Origin: Alphaproteobacteria bacterium
Lineage (GTDB): Bacteria > Pseudomonadota > Alphaproteobacteria > Bin95
Length of the DNA: 64,000 bases
Reading direction: 5' to 3'
Assembly: GCA_965205265.1 (NCBI GenBank)
Contig: CBDBGH010000003.1
Location: 2,720,001-2,784,000 of the forward strand
Shown here in pieces: positions 29,882 to 40,001 of this stretch; within the stretch, counting starts at the first letter, position 1, and each line of letters begins with the position of its first letter. A program made the translations under genes and the position numbers. Below the pieces are notes generated by a model, which saw only the letters and a program-made list of their open reading frames with translations, had not been told where the DNA came from and made no database searches.

Positions 29882-30775
29882 TCATCTGATTGGGCGGTCA
29901 TCGGTTTCGAGCGGCTCGCCGTCGCGGTCACGGATGAGCATGTCGTTCCAGTCCTGGTTTTCGAGGGCCGGTCGCATTCGGACGATTCTTGTGTCGTTGT
30001 CTTGCATGCGGCGGGCGGCGTGATCGCCGTATCGTGTAGCGTCCCAGGCACAGAAGATACGGCGCGGGTTCCAGGCCTCGACCCATTTGGGGATTCTGGC
30101 CGTGATGGCGCCGGTGGAGACGACGGCGCATTTGCTGCGTTTTTCCGGGACGAGGTGGAGGGAGAGGATCGACAGGGCGTCGAGGGCGCTGCCGGTGAGG
30201 ATGACGGTGCCGGGCCAGTCGGGCTCCCATGACATCCAGAAGCCGCCGTCTGCGGCCGGCTCCTGCGCTGCGGGGAGGGTCTCTATGCCGACCACCTTGC
30301 TGGCGGCGTTTCGGCGGAGGAACACGGGATTGCCGCGCCGGTCGGCACGGATCAGGCCGAGGCCTCGGCATAGCTCGACGAGCGCGTCGGCGAGGCCGCG
30401 CTGCTCGATGAGGTATTGCCGCAGCGCCGGCCAGCGAGGGTCCTGGCACGAGGGCTCCGCCTCACAGCGACTGTTCGGGAGCCGTGAGTGGCGCGGCAGT
30501 TGGGCGAGGAAGTCGAGGGCTTCGGTCGTTGGGCATCCGAGCGCATGAACCGCCAGCTGGATGGCCCCGGCGCCTCCCTCTCCGCGCAGATGGTCGTAGA
30601 ACATGAAGCGGTTGATGGAGAGGACCGAACCGGCTCGTCTCCAGCGCGCGGCATCGGCGGGATCGCGGCGATAGCCGAGGGCGTGGACCACGTCTTCGAG
30701 GGGGCAGCTTCGCAGCCCCTCGGCCCGCAGGCGGCGATCCCATGGATGCAGATGCTGCACGGCTGGCTCAGGCAT
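29882..30775 (-). CDS. DUF3991/Toprim primase-like passenger protein
   Basis: [47 protein letters not shown]; overlaps istB stop. Confidence 0.72.
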   Translation of the reverse strand: MPEPAVQHLHPWDRRLRAEGLRSCPLEDVVHALGYRRDPADAARWRRAGSVLSINRFMFYDHLRGEGGAGAIQLAVHALGCPTTEALDFLAQLPRHSRLPNSRCEAEPSCQDPRWPALRQYLIEQRGLADALVELCRGLGLIRADRRGNPVFLRRNAASKVVGIETLPAAQEPAADGGFWMSWEPDWPGTVILTGSALDALSILSLHLVPEKRSKCAVVSTGAITARIPKWVEAWNPRRIFCAWDATRYGDHAARRMQDNDTRIVRMRPALENQDWNDMLIRDRDGEPLETDDRPIR

Positions 30776-31553
30776 CCCCCGTGTCTTGCGCCGTGCTCTT
30801 GCCCGCTCCTTTTGCCGATCGCCGCCGGCGGCGATCGGCGCTGCGCTGCTTCTGGCGTTCCTCGGCCTCCTTGCGGCGGTATGAGTCGCCGTCGATGGCG
30901 AGGATCTCGGCATTGTGGACGAGCCGGTCGACAAGGGCCACGAGGCAGGCGGCGTTGGGGAAGGCCTCGCTCCACTCGGCGAAGGGGCGGTTTGTGGTGA
31001 TGATGGTGGAGCGCTGCTGGCTGCGGCTTGAGACGATATTGAACAGCAGGTCGGCATGACGGTTGGAGTAGGAGAGATATCCGACTTCGTCGATGACCAG
31101 GAGGTGCTGGCGGGCGTAGAAGCGCAGCCTGCGCTGGAGCATTGTGTCGGAGTCGATGGCGGCGAGCTCGCCGAGCAGGCTGGCGGCGGTTGCGAAGCGC
31201 ACGGTGTGGCCTTCGAGGACGGCGCGGTGTGCGATATTGGCGGCGATTGTGGACTTGCCGACGCCGTTGGGGCCGATGAGGACGACATTGGCGCCCTCGC
31301 GGAGGAAGTTGAGGGTCATGAGGTCCTCGACGGCCATGCGGTCGCATCGCCTTGGCCAGTCCCAGTCGAAGTCGGCGAGCGGCTTGAACTGTCCGAGGCG
31401 GGCGGCGGTGAGGCGTCGCCTGAGGCTTCGGCTTCGCCTCTCTTCCTCTTCCCATGCGATCAGGGGCGGGAGCCAGTCGCGCTCCGCAACCTCGCTCCAG
31501 TGGGCGAGGAGGCCGTGCAGTCCGAGCGCCGTGGCGCGGTCCTTGAGGGTCAT
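30768..31553 (-). CDS. istB: IS21 helper ATPase
   Basis: [31 protein letters not shown]. Confidence 0.95.
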   Translation of the reverse strand: MTLKDRATALGLHGLLAHWSEVAERDWLPPLIAWEEEERRSRSLRRRLTAARLGQFKPLADFDWDWPRRCDRMAVEDLMTLNFLREGANVVLIGPNGVGKSTIAANIAHRAVLEGHTVRFATAASLLGELAAIDSDTMLQRRLRFYARQHLLVIDEVGYLSYSNRHADLLFNIVSSRSQQRSTIITTNRPFAEWSEAFPNAACLVALVDRLVHNAEILAIDGDSYRRKEAEERQKQRSADRRRRRSAKGAGKSTAQDTGDA

Positions 31554-33055
31554 TCTTCGCTGTCCTCCTCGTGGTGGCTTGCGAGCCCGTCGTATCCGCC
31601 GAGGTCGTGATCGCGGACCGCGATATCGCGCAGTCTTGGATCGCCGGGCAGGTCGATGGGGATGGGTGGTGGCTCGTTGCGCTGTTCGCGCCGCCGGTTC
31701 AGGCTGAAGCGCACCGCATTGGGATGGGGGACGCCGCGCTCAAGGGCTTCATCGATGGCGGCTTCGAGTTCGACGGCTCCGTAGTCGTCGAGCAGGCGCA
31801 GCAGGGAGGCGACGGTTGTGCCGATATTGCCGCCGCGCCTGGCGGTCTCGGCAAGCAGGCGCTCGCTGTCGGGGGCGGCCTGGAGAAGGCGGCTCTGCCC
31901 GCGCAGGCGGTGGGCGTGACGTTTGAGCCTGACCAGCTCCTCGATGTGCTCGGGGGTCTCGATGCGGGCCGCCTTGTCGAAGCTGCGCGGATGACGGGCG
32001 ACGGTGTCGGCGCCGTCGAGGATGCGTACCTCCTCCAGTGTCGCGACCACGGTGAGGGTGCGCCGCGTATGGGTATGCGGGACGCTATAGTCATTGAGGT
32101 CGAACCTGGCGTAGGGGGTCTTGCCGATCCTGACCTCGACCCTCTCGTCGACGGGGGGCCGGTCGTCGGGCAGCGCCATCAGGGAGCCGCGCTCGCGCTC
32201 GAAGGCCTCGCGCACGGTGAGGGAGCGGTCGTCCGGCCAGCGACGGTCGGCGGCGACGCCGTCGCACCAGGCGCGGGCCCGGGCGTTCAGGTCGTCGAGG
32301 TCGCGCCAGGCGCGGGCGGCGAAGAAGTTGTCGCGCACATAGCGTATGGCGCGCTCCACGCGCCCCTTCTCGTTGCCGCGCGCGACCGCGACCGGCTTGG
32401 GCAGGAAGCGGTAGCGGGCGGCGAAGTCGAGGAGCCGGGGGTTGAACCGGATGGCGTCGCCCTGGCGCTCCAGCACGACGCTCTTCAGGTTGTCGTACCA
32501 TAGCTCGCGGGGCACGCCCTGCCAGGCCTCGAAGGCCTCGACATGGCCGCGCAGGAAGTTGTCCATCGCGGCATTGAGGTAGAAGTGCAGGAAGATGCGG
32601 CGCGAGTAGCTCAGCACCATCACGAAGCCCATCAGCGGGCGCTCCGCGCGCCCGATCCTCACCTTGCCGAAGTGGGCCCAGTCCACCTGGGCCAGCTCGC
32701 CGGGCAGGGTCTTGAGGCGCAGATAGGCCTCGGCCACAGGCCGCGGGCGCTCCGGCGCGATCATGCGCCGGAAGTGGCTCTGGCTGCCCCGGTAGCCGCG
32801 CTCGACCGCCATCTGGTAGAGCCGGCTGGCTGGCAGCCTGGGCCAGACCGCCAGGGTCTGGCGGATGAAGGGCCGGAACGGATCGATCATCGAAGCCCTG
32901 CGCCGCCTCTCACGCGCGGGCGCCCCGGCGGCCGCTACCGCGCGCTCGACCGTGCCGTGGTGGACGCCGAGCTGGCGCGCGATCGTGCCGATCCTCCACT
33001 TCTCGGCAAAATACAGCCGCTGGATCTCGGCACGGGTCTGCTTGTCGATCGCCAT
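31550..33055 (-). CDS. istA: IS21 transposase
   Basis: N-terminal HTH, PGELAQVDW, YDNLK, KGRVER. Confidence 0.95.
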   Translation of the reverse strand: MAIDKQTRAEIQRLYFAEKWRIGTIARQLGVHHGTVERAVAAAGAPARERRRRASMIDPFRPFIRQTLAVWPRLPASRLYQMAVERGYRGSQSHFRRMIAPERPRPVAEAYLRLKTLPGELAQVDWAHFGKVRIGRAERPLMGFVMVLSYSRRIFLHFYLNAAMDNFLRGHVEAFEAWQGVPRELWYDNLKSVVLERQGDAIRFNPRLLDFAARYRFLPKPVAVARGNEKGRVERAIRYVRDNFFAARAWRDLDDLNARARAWCDGVAADRRWPDDRSLTVREAFERERGSLMALPDDRPPVDERVEVRIGKTPYARFDLNDYSVPHTHTRRTLTVVATLEEVRILDGADTVARHPRSFDKAARIETPEHIEELVRLKRHAHRLRGQSRLLQAAPDSERLLAETARRGGNIGTTVASLLRLLDDYGAVELEAAIDEALERGVPHPNAVRFSLNRRREQRNEPPPIPIDLPGDPRLRDIAVRDHDLGGYDGLASHHEEDSEE

Positions 33056-33056
33056 C

Positions 33057-33491
33057 TCACTCCCTTCGCGCCTGGCGCAGGCCCGGATAGACCGCCAGGC
33101 CGCAGAACCGACCGCAGCGCTCGCAGCGGAACACCCGGGCGGGACGGTCGGGCCCGAAGGGCCGGGTTCCGGACCGCCCCGCCGGTATGCGCGCCACATC
33201 AGGACGCCGGCGCGCGACGGTCAAAGGGTGATGCGTCACTTTCTGCGCGATGGCCCGAACTGCCGGCTGCCGCACACGGCGCCGTTCGCGGTAGCGCCGC
33301 TGGCGCTCGGCATGCTTGTGACGGCCCCGGCGGCTGTTCTGGTAGCGCTGCCCCGCAAGGCGCACCGACCGACGCCGCGCCCGCCCGCTGCAACGCGGCG
33401 AACAGTAGATATGGCCAGAGTCGCAGCGCCGGCAGAGAACCACCTGGCGGCGGCACAGGGCGCAGGTGAACAGGCGGGCGGCGTTCCTCAT
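33057..33491 (-). CDS. Cys-rich, basic putative zinc-finger protein upstream of istA
   Basis: CALC..CRRC..YCSPRC and C-terminal CERC..C; stop 1 bp before the istA start. Confidence 0.7.
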   Translation of the reverse strand: MRNAARLFTCALCRRQVVLCRRCDSGHIYCSPRCSGRARRRSVRLAGQRYQNSRRGRHKHAERQRRYRERRRVRQPAVRAIAQKVTHHPLTVARRRPDVARIPAGRSGTRPFGPDRPARVFRCERCGRFCGLAVYPGLRQARRE

Positions 33492-33720
33492 CGCGACCGA
33501 TGAGAACGGGGTGGACCCACGCCCGGACGCGCACGATACTGCGCTTCCGGGCCGCGCCTTGCATGGCTCGGGGGGTGCGGCGCCGGTCGTTGCCACCAAG
33601 CCAACGGGGCCGGCGCCGCATCGTTCTCAGAAGCCCCAGTCTACCCCCTGCCGCAGCCCGGGAACGGCCAACCCGGTCGCCAGGACGTCGCCGCCCTCCG
33701 GGAGGCGAAAATCTCAACGC

Positions 33721-33777
33721 GACGGGGGCCGAGGACTCCGGTCGGGCTACGCCCTCCTTCCGTCCTCGGCCCCCGTC
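33721..33777. repeat. 16-bp perfect hairpin near the IS21 end
   Basis: GACGGGGGCCGAGGAC / GTCCTCGGCCCCCGTC around a GGGCTACGCCC mini-hairpin. Confidence 0.7.
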
Positions 33778-34375
33778 ATAAACCCGGCCGCGCCTGTCTC
33801 ACGCTGTTTGTCGTGCGCACCACAAAAGCGCGCTACGCCAGCAAATATGCGCCCTTTATGATAATCACCGACACCTGGTCGAGGCCTTCGGCGAATGGCT
33901 GACGCAGCAGCGCGTCCGCGTCTCGCCCAAGTCCCGGCTCGGCGAAAAGCTCGCCTATATCGCCCGTCATTGGGACGGCCTCCGGATCTTCCTCGACGAC
34001 GGCCGCGTCGAAATGGATAGCAATGCCGTCGAAAACAGCCTGCGGCCCGTGGTCCTTACACGGAAAAACGCCTTGTTCGCCGGTCACGACGACGGCGCCG
34101 CCGCCTGGGGACGCATAGCATCCCTCATCCAGACGGCGAAGTTGAACGAGGTCGAGCCACACGCCTGGCTCAAGGCCACACTCGAAGCCATCGCAGCCGG
34201 TCATCCCAATGACCGCCTCGATGAACTGCTTCCCTGGAACTTCAAGCCGTCGTCAAGCTGAAAGCCGGCTGCCTCGCCCGCACCGCATACAGTGCACCTG
34301 CAAAGCCGCGCATGTTGCGGTAGAGGCACCATGCGAGGCTGTGTTCGCGGTGGGCGTTTCGACATGTCGAAGCCG

Positions 34376-34886
34376 AGAGACAGGGGCCAAGACCAACATG
34401 GCCCGCACCCACGGCTGGGCCCCGCGCGGCAAACGTCTGCGCATGGCCGTCCCTCACGGACACTGGAACACAACCACCTTCGTCGCCGGGCTCACGCCGC
34501 GCGGCATGATTGCCCCCTTCGTGCTCTCCGGCGCCATCGACCGCGATGCCTTCGAGGCCTACGTCAAAGTGGTCCTCGTCCCCGAACTGAGGCCCGGCGA
34601 TATCGTCGTCATGGACAACCTCTCAAGCCACAAGGGACCCAGGGTCCGCAAGATGATCGAAGACGCCGGCGCGCAACTCCTCTTCCTGCCGCCCTATAGT
34701 CCTGACTTCAATCCCATCGAACTCGCCTTCGCAAAGCTCAAGGCAAGGCTACGAAAAGCTGCCGAGAGAACTGTCGACAGCCTCTGGAACACCATCGGAC
34801 AAATCTCCCAGACCTTCTCACCGCAAGAATGCAAAAACTACTTCAATGCCGCAGGATACTCCGCAACATGATCGGATTCCGCTCTA
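34376..34886 (+). mobile_element. IS630-family remnant (3' half of transposase and right end)
   Basis: ETGAKTNMAR, VVMDNLSSHK, LPPYSPDFNPIE; end ...GATCGGATTCCGCTC-TA. Confidence 0.85.
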
Positions 34887-35074
34887 ATTGACCAATATCG
34901 TCCCAAAACAGAAACTACGACCAGCACGCTTCCACATATGGACAACATTGCTCCAAATTGTGTTCCGTCGAATTCCGGTTGGAAAAAAAGAACGGACAGG
35001 AGAAAAAGCATGCCACAACAGCGCAAAGCTGTAATTCTATTTCTCTGACGCACATAAGAACTGTCTCGACCCAT
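34887..35074 (-). pseudogene. N-terminus of a membrane protein (ICMT/PEMT methyltransferase-like) truncated at the IS630 end
   Basis: Two TM segments ending VLGRYWSI exactly at the IS630 TA; AT-rich. Confidence 0.45.
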
Positions 35075-35591
35075 ATCCTCGCTCCTGACATCTGGCAGGC
35101 TATCGTCTCACGATGCTCCGGAATTGCAACGACGTCAAAACCTGATCGTGTCCCGAAAGGAGCTAAGCGATTTCGGAAGATTGTAGTTCCGTTTAGTTTG
35201 CGGGGGAACGGAGCCGCTTACGGTCCTTCAGGAAACCGCTTGTCGAGAGTATCGGCGCAGCAGTTTGCGTTATACGTACGATTTGACCGAGGGGGAACAG
35301 GGCGCGGTGGCGGAGCCGTTCTCGCCGCCGCCACGGTGCAGGAGTTTGCCGGTCCTCCCCGGATCGATGTCCCGGTTCAAGACCGTGCGGAAGCAGGCCT
35401 TTCGTTCATCCGGCAACGGCTTTGCAATGGGAGAGCGAGTCCGTCGATCACGCGCGCAATATGTGCGGGGCGCGAGGGTGCCGGAGGGGCGTTGCAACCC
35501 GCCCCTCCGGCGGCCGGCCCGGACTGGAAGGAGGCACGGGGAGTGCCTGTTCTGTCCGGGCCGGCCATTCTGCGCCGCCGCTGCCCCTGTG

Positions 35592-36848
35592 TCAGAATTG
35601 CTTGACGAAAGAAAGTTCGGCGCGATTGCGGTCGTAGTCGAGGGCCTGGGCGTTGGTCTCGCGCTCCTCGCGGATGAGGGAGAGGCGGGGGCTGAAGCCC
35701 GCCAGGGTGAAGGCGCGGTTGTGGACCGAGACGGAGAGCGTCCGGGTCTCGTCCTCGCGCGGCTCGCGGTCGATCGTGTTGTGGGCGAAGCCCCGGCCCT
35801 GGTAATCGGTGCGCCGCAGGGAGGCGCGCAGGCCCACCGTGAAGCCGGCCGGCAGCGCCAGAGTGGCGCCCAGGCTCGCCTGCGGGCCGGCGCTGCGCCA
35901 GTGTTCGGAGTTGGCGCGGCTCCAGTTCCAGCCGGCATTGCCGCTGAGGCGCAGGATCGGCAGCGCGGCCCATACGGTCCCGAGCAGGACATCCCCTTCC
36001 GGGCCGTCGAGATGGTTGCAGTCGCGGCAGTTGCGCCGGGCGGCGTTCGCGCGCGCGAACAGGACGAGGCGCGGCGTCAGCCGGTGCTCGCCCTCCAGGC
36101 GCAGGCCGAAGCGGTCGGTCTCGGGCACGCCGGCGGTCCACTGCCGGTCCACCGTCGCCAGCAGGCTCGCTTCGGTGCGTGCGTCGATCAGCCGGCGCGG
36201 GCCGAGATGGGCGGCGAGGAAATGGCGGTCGAAGTCCCCGCCCTTGTATTGGCGGATGTTGGTGTTCGCCCCGGAGCGCAGCCGCCAGCGCGGCCCGAGC
36301 GGATACTGGTATTCGCCGCCGCCCCAGATCGAGACACCGAGGCCGGATTCGGGCTTCGCGGGGTCGTCGAGGGTGAAGGGCAGGCGGCCGAAGGGCGTGT
36401 CGAGGAAGACCGTGCGCTCGCCCGAGGCGGCGTTGAGGTTGCTGTCGGGCGCCAGCGCCGCGCCGAACTGCGCCTCCCAGCGCCGCCGCGCGCGCATGAC
36501 GCGCAGGAAGCGCTGGATGTTGGCGGCCACAGCGGGGGGCACGTCGCCCGCCAGCACCTGCTCGAAGTGGCGGCGCGCGAGCGTGTCCTCCTCCTTCAGG
36601 AAGAAGGCGCGGGCGAGTTCGAGCCGCACGCGCACGAGCTCCGGGCTATTCACCAGGATGGCGCGGAAGGCGGCGATGGCCTCGTCCAGCTTTTCGTCGC
36701 GGGCCTCGCGGTCCGCGATGGCATGGGCGGCATTGAGGGCGTCCATGCCGGCGCGGAACAGCGTCCCGGTCCGGTCCTGGCCGTAGGCGACGGTGGCCGC
36801 GGCGAGCACTAGCAGGCCGGCGACGAAGGCGAATACGAGCATGCGCAT
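35592..36848 (-). CDS. Slam / DUF560 outer-membrane translocator (type XI secretion)
   Basis: Signal peptide, TPR motif RVRLELARAFF, APDSNLN, beta-barrel ending LSFVKQF. Confidence 0.88.
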   Translation of the reverse strand: MRMLVFAFVAGLLVLAAATVAYGQDRTGTLFRAGMDALNAAHAIADREARDEKLDEAIAAFRAILVNSPELVRVRLELARAFFLKEEDTLARRHFEQVLAGDVPPAVAANIQRFLRVMRARRRWEAQFGAALAPDSNLNAASGERTVFLDTPFGRLPFTLDDPAKPESGLGVSIWGGGEYQYPLGPRWRLRSGANTNIRQYKGGDFDRHFLAAHLGPRRLIDARTEASLLATVDRQWTAGVPETDRFGLRLEGEHRLTPRLVLFARANAARRNCRDCNHLDGPEGDVLLGTVWAALPILRLSGNAGWNWSRANSEHWRSAGPQASLGATLALPAGFTVGLRASLRRTDYQGRGFAHNTIDREPREDETRTLSVSVHNRAFTLAGFSPRLSLIREERETNAQALDYDRNRAELSFVKQF

Positions 36849-36874
36849 GGAAACCACCAGCGGTGCGGGACAAG

Positions 36875-36907
36875 AAAACCCCCGGCCGCTCGGGGAGCAG
36901 CCGGGGG
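36875..36907 (-). terminator. intrinsic terminator-like hairpin between the cargo remnant and Slam
   Basis: Minus strand CCCCCGGCTGCTC-loop-GAGCGGCCGGGGG followed by TTTTC. Confidence 0.6.
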
Positions 36908-36970
36908 AAGGTCTTCAGGAAGGGGCTTTGACGCCCCCTCCTTTGTGTGGAGAAGCCCGGAGGCCGCTCC

Positions 36971-37132
36971 CTAGTCCTTCGTTGCGCCGAACGCGCCGGC
37001 CACCGAGCCGTTGCTGAAACCGGCGTTGAATTCGCCGACCACAGCAGCAGGCTGGGGAAAGATCCCGTCCGCACCCGCCGTCAAGTCGCCATAGAGAGTG
37101 GCGCTGAACGAGCCATCGCCATTGCCGCCCTT
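36971..37132 (-). pseudogene. 3' remnant of a TbpB-like Slam cargo gene
   Basis: GSFSATLYG...PAAVVGEFNAGFSNGSVAGAFGATKD*, matching the terminal strands of the other cargo (VGAFGAKRQ). Confidence 0.7.
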
Positions 37133-37220
37133 GGCCGCGCCTGTCTCACGCTGTTTGTCGTGCGCACCACAAAAGCGCGCTACGCCAGCAAATATGCGCC
37201 CTTTATGATAATCACCGACA
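37133..37220 (-). mobile_element. isolated IS21 end, identical to 33786-33873
   Basis: 88-bp exact match GGCCGCGCCTGTCTCACG...ATAATCACCGACA. Confidence 0.9.
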
Positions 37221-37288
37221 CTCCTTTCAGCCCGGGCCGGATCGGCCGGGCAAACCTTGGATTGTTCCTTTCGTGGCTGCCGCACGGA

Positions 37289-38392
37289 TCAGAAGCCGAC
37301 CGTGATGCCGGTGACGAAGCCGGCGCCCTCGATGCTGCTGCCGGCGTTGGCCGCAGGCATGCCTCTTTGCGCCCCAGGCACGCCGAAGTCGAACCGACCG
37401 GGCATCGCGCCGCGCTCCCTCTCGACCGCAAACAGCGAGCTCCTCCAGGCGACGCCCGGCGCCAGGCTGTAGCTCGCGGAGAGCATCGTGCCCGCCTGCT
37501 CGGTGCCGTCGTCGGCATCGGTCGCCGTGTGGCTGAGGCTGACCGCCATCGGGCCGTCCGAATACATTACGCCCGCGGCCACGATGTCGACGTCGGCCGA
37601 GGAGTTCGTATCCATGCCGTCATCCGCCGTCGCATAGGCGACATCGAAGCTGAACGCCCCCATGCCAACCTGAAGGCCGACATTCGTGTGATCGAAGTCG
37701 TCGGCACCGGTCTGGCTCATGTTGTAGTGGCCGAGCGAGAACGCGACATTGGCGCCGCCGAATTCGCCCTTGAAGTTGCCGCCGACCGCCCAGGCGTCAT
37801 TGTCGGTATCTCTGGGGGCTCCGCCTCTGCCTTCCTGCGCCTCGTTCGGGATATAGGTCGCGCCGAACTGCACGCCGTTCACGCGCGGCGAGAAGTAGGT
37901 GATGTTGTTCCTGTCGCCGAAGCCATGGCCGGCAGTGCCCAAGCCGATGGGGCCGCACTCGTTGACGTTGCCGCCGGTCCATCTGCCCATATCGCCGCAG
38001 AGCATGCCGAAACCGGCATCGCGCACGCCGTGATGGGTCAGCACCGAAGCGCCGTCCTCGGCGCCGAGTGTGATCGAGCCGAAGTCGCCGCGAACCGTGA
38101 GCTGCGACTCGTCGATACCGGGGTCGTTGCCTTCGAGTTCGACCTTGATGGAGACGGTCAGGCCGTTGTCCGCTTCCAGCTTGCCCCGGAAATGGACTTC
38201 GGTATCGGAGTGCTGGGCCACGCCGCCCTCGATATCCGCATTTGCGGAATCCTCGACGCTGGTCATGCCGACCCACTGTTGCATGTAGCCGCTGATACCG
38301 ACGGTCACCTTGTCCGCCGCCATAGCCGAGCCGGCAGCCATCACGCCCGCGAAGGCGAGCGCCGTCGTTCCCAAAAGGATGCGTTTCATCAT
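37289..38392 (-). CDS. outer-membrane porin (alphaproteobacterial Gram-negative porin)
   Basis: MKRILLGTTAL signal, DTEVHFRG...DNGL, ITYFSPRVNG, C-terminal Phe. Confidence 0.9.
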   Translation of the reverse strand: MMKRILLGTTALAFAGVMAAGSAMAADKVTVGISGYMQQWVGMTSVEDSANADIEGGVAQHSDTEVHFRGKLEADNGLTVSIKVELEGNDPGIDESQLTVRGDFGSITLGAEDGASVLTHHGVRDAGFGMLCGDMGRWTGGNVNECGPIGLGTAGHGFGDRNNITYFSPRVNGVQFGATYIPNEAQEGRGGAPRDTDNDAWAVGGNFKGEFGGANVAFSLGHYNMSQTGADDFDHTNVGLQVGMGAFSFDVAYATADDGMDTNSSADVDIVAAGVMYSDGPMAVSLSHTATDADDGTEQAGTMLSASYSLAPGVAWRSSLFAVERERGAMPGRFDFGVPGAQRGMPAANAGSSIEGAGFVTGITVGF

Positions 38393-38492
38393 CGTTGTCC
38401 CTGTTGCCAGTTACCGCTCCCTTGCGAGCAGCGCGACAATACTTTCCGAGGTTCACTCTATGCGCAATACACTTCAAGCAATTTATGGATTG

Positions 38493-38561
38493 TGTTGCAA
38501 TATCGCAACAGTGCCCCGCCTGTATGCACCCGCCTGTATGCAATGGCACCCTGCCTGTATG
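38493..38561. promoter_or_regulatory. candidate operators in the divergent porin/regulator interval
   Basis: Inverted repeat TGTTGC-N6-GCAACA (38493-38510); GCCTGTATG direct repeats at 38518, 38532 and 38553. Confidence 0.5.
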
Positions 38562-38602
38562 TTGATGCCGCGCCAACTAGAGGCAAGGGTATCGGGAGCG
38601 CC

Positions 38603-39007
38603 ATGCCGGACCTGAACATCAAGAACGTGCGGGCCTTCGTGGCCGTGGTGAGAGAGCGGAGCACGGCGAAGGCGGCGCATCGTTGCGGCATTTCGCGCGC
38701 GGGGATCGTCAGCCGACTGCAGGCGCTGGAAGGGGTGCTGGGCGTGAAGTTGCTGGAGCGGAACTTCCCTCCGAGCAAGGCGGAGACGGGCAGAACGCAA
38801 TTGACCGAGGAGGGGATGGCTCTCCTGCCGAGGGCCGTGGAACTCCTTCGAGCGCACGACGCGCTGTTCGACGCTCCGACGGGTCCCGATCCGCGCGAGA
38901 CGGATCGCATCCTGGCCGTCGGGCTGCTGGAGCTTGCGGTGACCGCGCTGCGGCAGGACCTGTCGGACGCCGACAGGATCCGGATTCACGAAATCCTGCT
39001 GGACTGA
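38603..39007 (+). CDS. short LysR-type HTH protein without a substrate-binding domain
   Basis: VRAFVAVVRERSTAKAAHRCGISRAGIVSRLQALE..LGVKLLER...LTEEG; 134 aa. Confidence 0.8.
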   Translation: MPDLNIKNVRAFVAVVRERSTAKAAHRCGISRAGIVSRLQALEGVLGVKLLERNFPPSKAETGRTQLTEEGMALLPRAVELLRAHDALFDAPTGPDPRETDRILAVGLLELAVTALRQDLSDADRIRIHEILLD

Positions 39008-39868
39008 AGATCACTCATGATTCGGGCGTTCCGCAGCTGTCCATCGACAGCCGCGCAGTGCGGCTTTTCATCTTCGGCGCCTTGCGAAGCAGGCGAAGTT
39101 GAAATCGATTGCGATGGACCTTTCTTTATGGTCGGTGATCGCGCCCTGGCTTTCGAAAATGGCCGGCAGGAAGCGAGTTCAGGCGGGCGAGCCGACTCTT
39201 CGAAATGGAAGGAGCGTGCGCTTCCGTTGGTCGGCATGATTTACCACGCGTATGGCTGCTTGTCGGTCGGCGCCTGTATCTGGAGCCGGGAGTGAGGACA
39301 GCGCTTGCGCCATGTCTGCGCCGGAGCGCCTTCAGGCAGCGCTGACGGAGGCTGAGCCCCTGCATTCGGAATATACCAGTGATATGGAATGCGGGATCGG
39401 CCGCGCCTGGCCCGATGCTCCCTTCCGGCATGGCGGCTGGCCGCGTTGCGGCGAGGACGGGTGTATCAGCACCGGAGGCGGTAATGCAGATTGCCGAGCA
39501 GGCGGCGACGGCGGCGTTCGTGTTCGATGCCGTGTTGCTGGTCATGGCGAGCCGGGGTCTCAGGCAGGAGCGGGATGCGCTACTTGCTACACATTGCGGG
39601 AGTGAGTGCCGGATGGAGATCGCGGCCGGAGCCGGCCGCAGGGCGGCGGAGTGCGGCCTCACGCCCTGAGATTATGGCGGTCAGGCGCCCGGTTCCGTGA
39701 GACGGGTCAGCCCCAGCATTGCCGTTGCCGCAGCATCGCAGGTTGACAATGTCCGATCCGCCGTGTTTCGCTTTGAATAGAGAGGTGGACGCGTTGACTG
39801 CGTGCGAGTTCGGAGGGCGTCGTCGGACCATGGCGTTGACATTGTCGGCATTGTCCGCGCGTATAATT

Positions 39869-40001
39869 GAGCGCCGAGCGCCGAGCGCCGAGCGCCGAGC
39901 GCCGAGCGCCGAGCGCCGAGCGCCGAGCGCCGAGCGCCGAGCGCCGAGCGCCGAGCGCCGAGCGCCGAGCGCCGAGCGCCGAGCGCCGAGCGCCGAGCGC
40001 C
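39869..40001 (+). repeat. perfect heptamer tandem repeat (GAGCGCC)19
   Basis: 133 bp, 19 exact units, starting 1 bp after TATAAT (39862-39867). Confidence 0.97.

Larger units (their letters stand above)
29788..33873 (-). mobile_element. IS21-family element with two passenger genes (4086 bp)
   Basis: TGT...ACA ends with imperfect IRs sharing AAGGGCG..TATTTGCTGGCG; 5-bp TSD CCTGG at 29783-29787 and 33874-33878. Confidence 0.92.
28569..34261 (+). pseudogene. tnpC: IS66 transposase TnpC split by IS21 (28569-29787 + 33879-34261)
   Basis: CPCGCG zinc finger, MDET, CWAH; halves rejoin in frame (..RSAPLV-EAFGEWL..DELLPWNF) to 533 aa. Confidence 0.92.
27689..34290 (+). mobile_element. IS66-family element interrupted by an IS21 element
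   Basis: Ends GTAAGCGATGCGG / CCGCACCGCATAC; 8-bp TSD AGTGCACC at 27681-27688 and 34291-34298; 2511 bp once the insert is removed. Confidence 0.92.

Noticed and set aside
28428-30023. 531-aa ORF as an intact IS66 transposase
   Set aside because: Its last ~78 residues are read-through into the IS21 end; the true C-terminus is at 33879-34261.
39017-39700. Several short ORFs downstream of the mini-LysR
   Set aside because: No recognisable family and conflicting frames; possibly decayed sequence.
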